Below, piece after piece: positions 63,491 to 64,000 of a stretch of 64,000 nucleotides of DNA (position 1 is its first letter; every line of letters begins with the position of its first letter). The notes beneath the pieces were generated by a model, which ran no database searches, was not told where the DNA came from, and was given only the letters and a program-made list of their open reading frames with translations. A program made the position numbers and the translations under genes. This DNA is from Dicyema japonicum (lineage: Eukaryota > Animalia > Dicyemida). Where the stretch lies: contig RDEW01000014.1 of the NCBI GenBank assembly GCA_011109175.1, positions 744,001 to 808,000 on the forward strand. The letters are read 5' to 3'.

Positions 63491-64000
63491 CGTATCGCTG
63501 TAATCCAAATCCGGATATCCCCGTCCAGGAAGAATTCATTGATGACAATAATTAATGTATATGCCCCCCATACTGCAGAATATCAGCAAACATGGAGGAA
63601 CTGGACGAATTCTACATGAATCTATCCCTAACAGATATGAACCTCCGCAGATCTACTCTAACATTCATGCATAGTGATTGGACTGCAAATCTTTCCGGAG
63701 ACCCCCTTGTTGATTTCTGTAGCGCAATGGGCCTATATCTGTGTAATACGATACAAGACGACTTGGGTGGACTACCGATACGGTATTAATGGGCAGCCTA
63801 TAACAATTTTCAACCAGATTGTCTACATTCTTTGAAAAAATTTACTAAAGAGATTACTAATGGATTCGAGAAGTTACGAGGGGGACATTACTTGACATGA
63901 CCATAAACTGGTCGTCGCACGGATGAATATAAAAATATATTTTGGCATAATGAACGGAACCAGAAGGTTGCAGCCACGGGTCGCTGACTGGCTAAAGAGA
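63490..64000 (+). mobile_element. Second, diverged RTE-like APE fragment
   Basis: TIINVYAP..EELDEFY, LVDFC..LYLCNT, DHKLVVAR. Confidence 0.7.

Overview
AT-rich eukaryotic (animal-type) nuclear DNA. The ORF track looks fragmented because the host genes are cut by very short GT-AG introns, mostly 20-30 nt. Splicing these out by eye recovers ten recognisable genes: bifunctional PAM, COMMD5, MTG1, Arp3, a CNBD2-like gene, a tetraspanin, BLOC1S1, SUZ12, an E2F4/5-like factor and PSMD8/Rpn12. There is also one divergent 5S rRNA gene. Most of the remaining sequence is transposon-derived: about 13 fragments of CRE-like (REL-endonuclease) retroelements, many APE-type LINEs (one Ingi/Vingi-like copy encodes a 2A StopGo peptide), RTE-like LINEs, and Tc1, pogo, hAT and Ginger-like fossils. 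Two copies of a Phantom/Mutator transposon carry about 300-bp TIRs and have their asymmetric terminal heptamers swapped relative to the internal sequence. Intron size and gene content fit a dicyemid-like reduced animal (inference, not shown by the sequence). Isolated 1-nt frameshifts in conserved genes suggest residual consensus errors. All homology calls come from motifs I recognised in manual translations; no database search was run. Boundaries of degraded elements are approximate.
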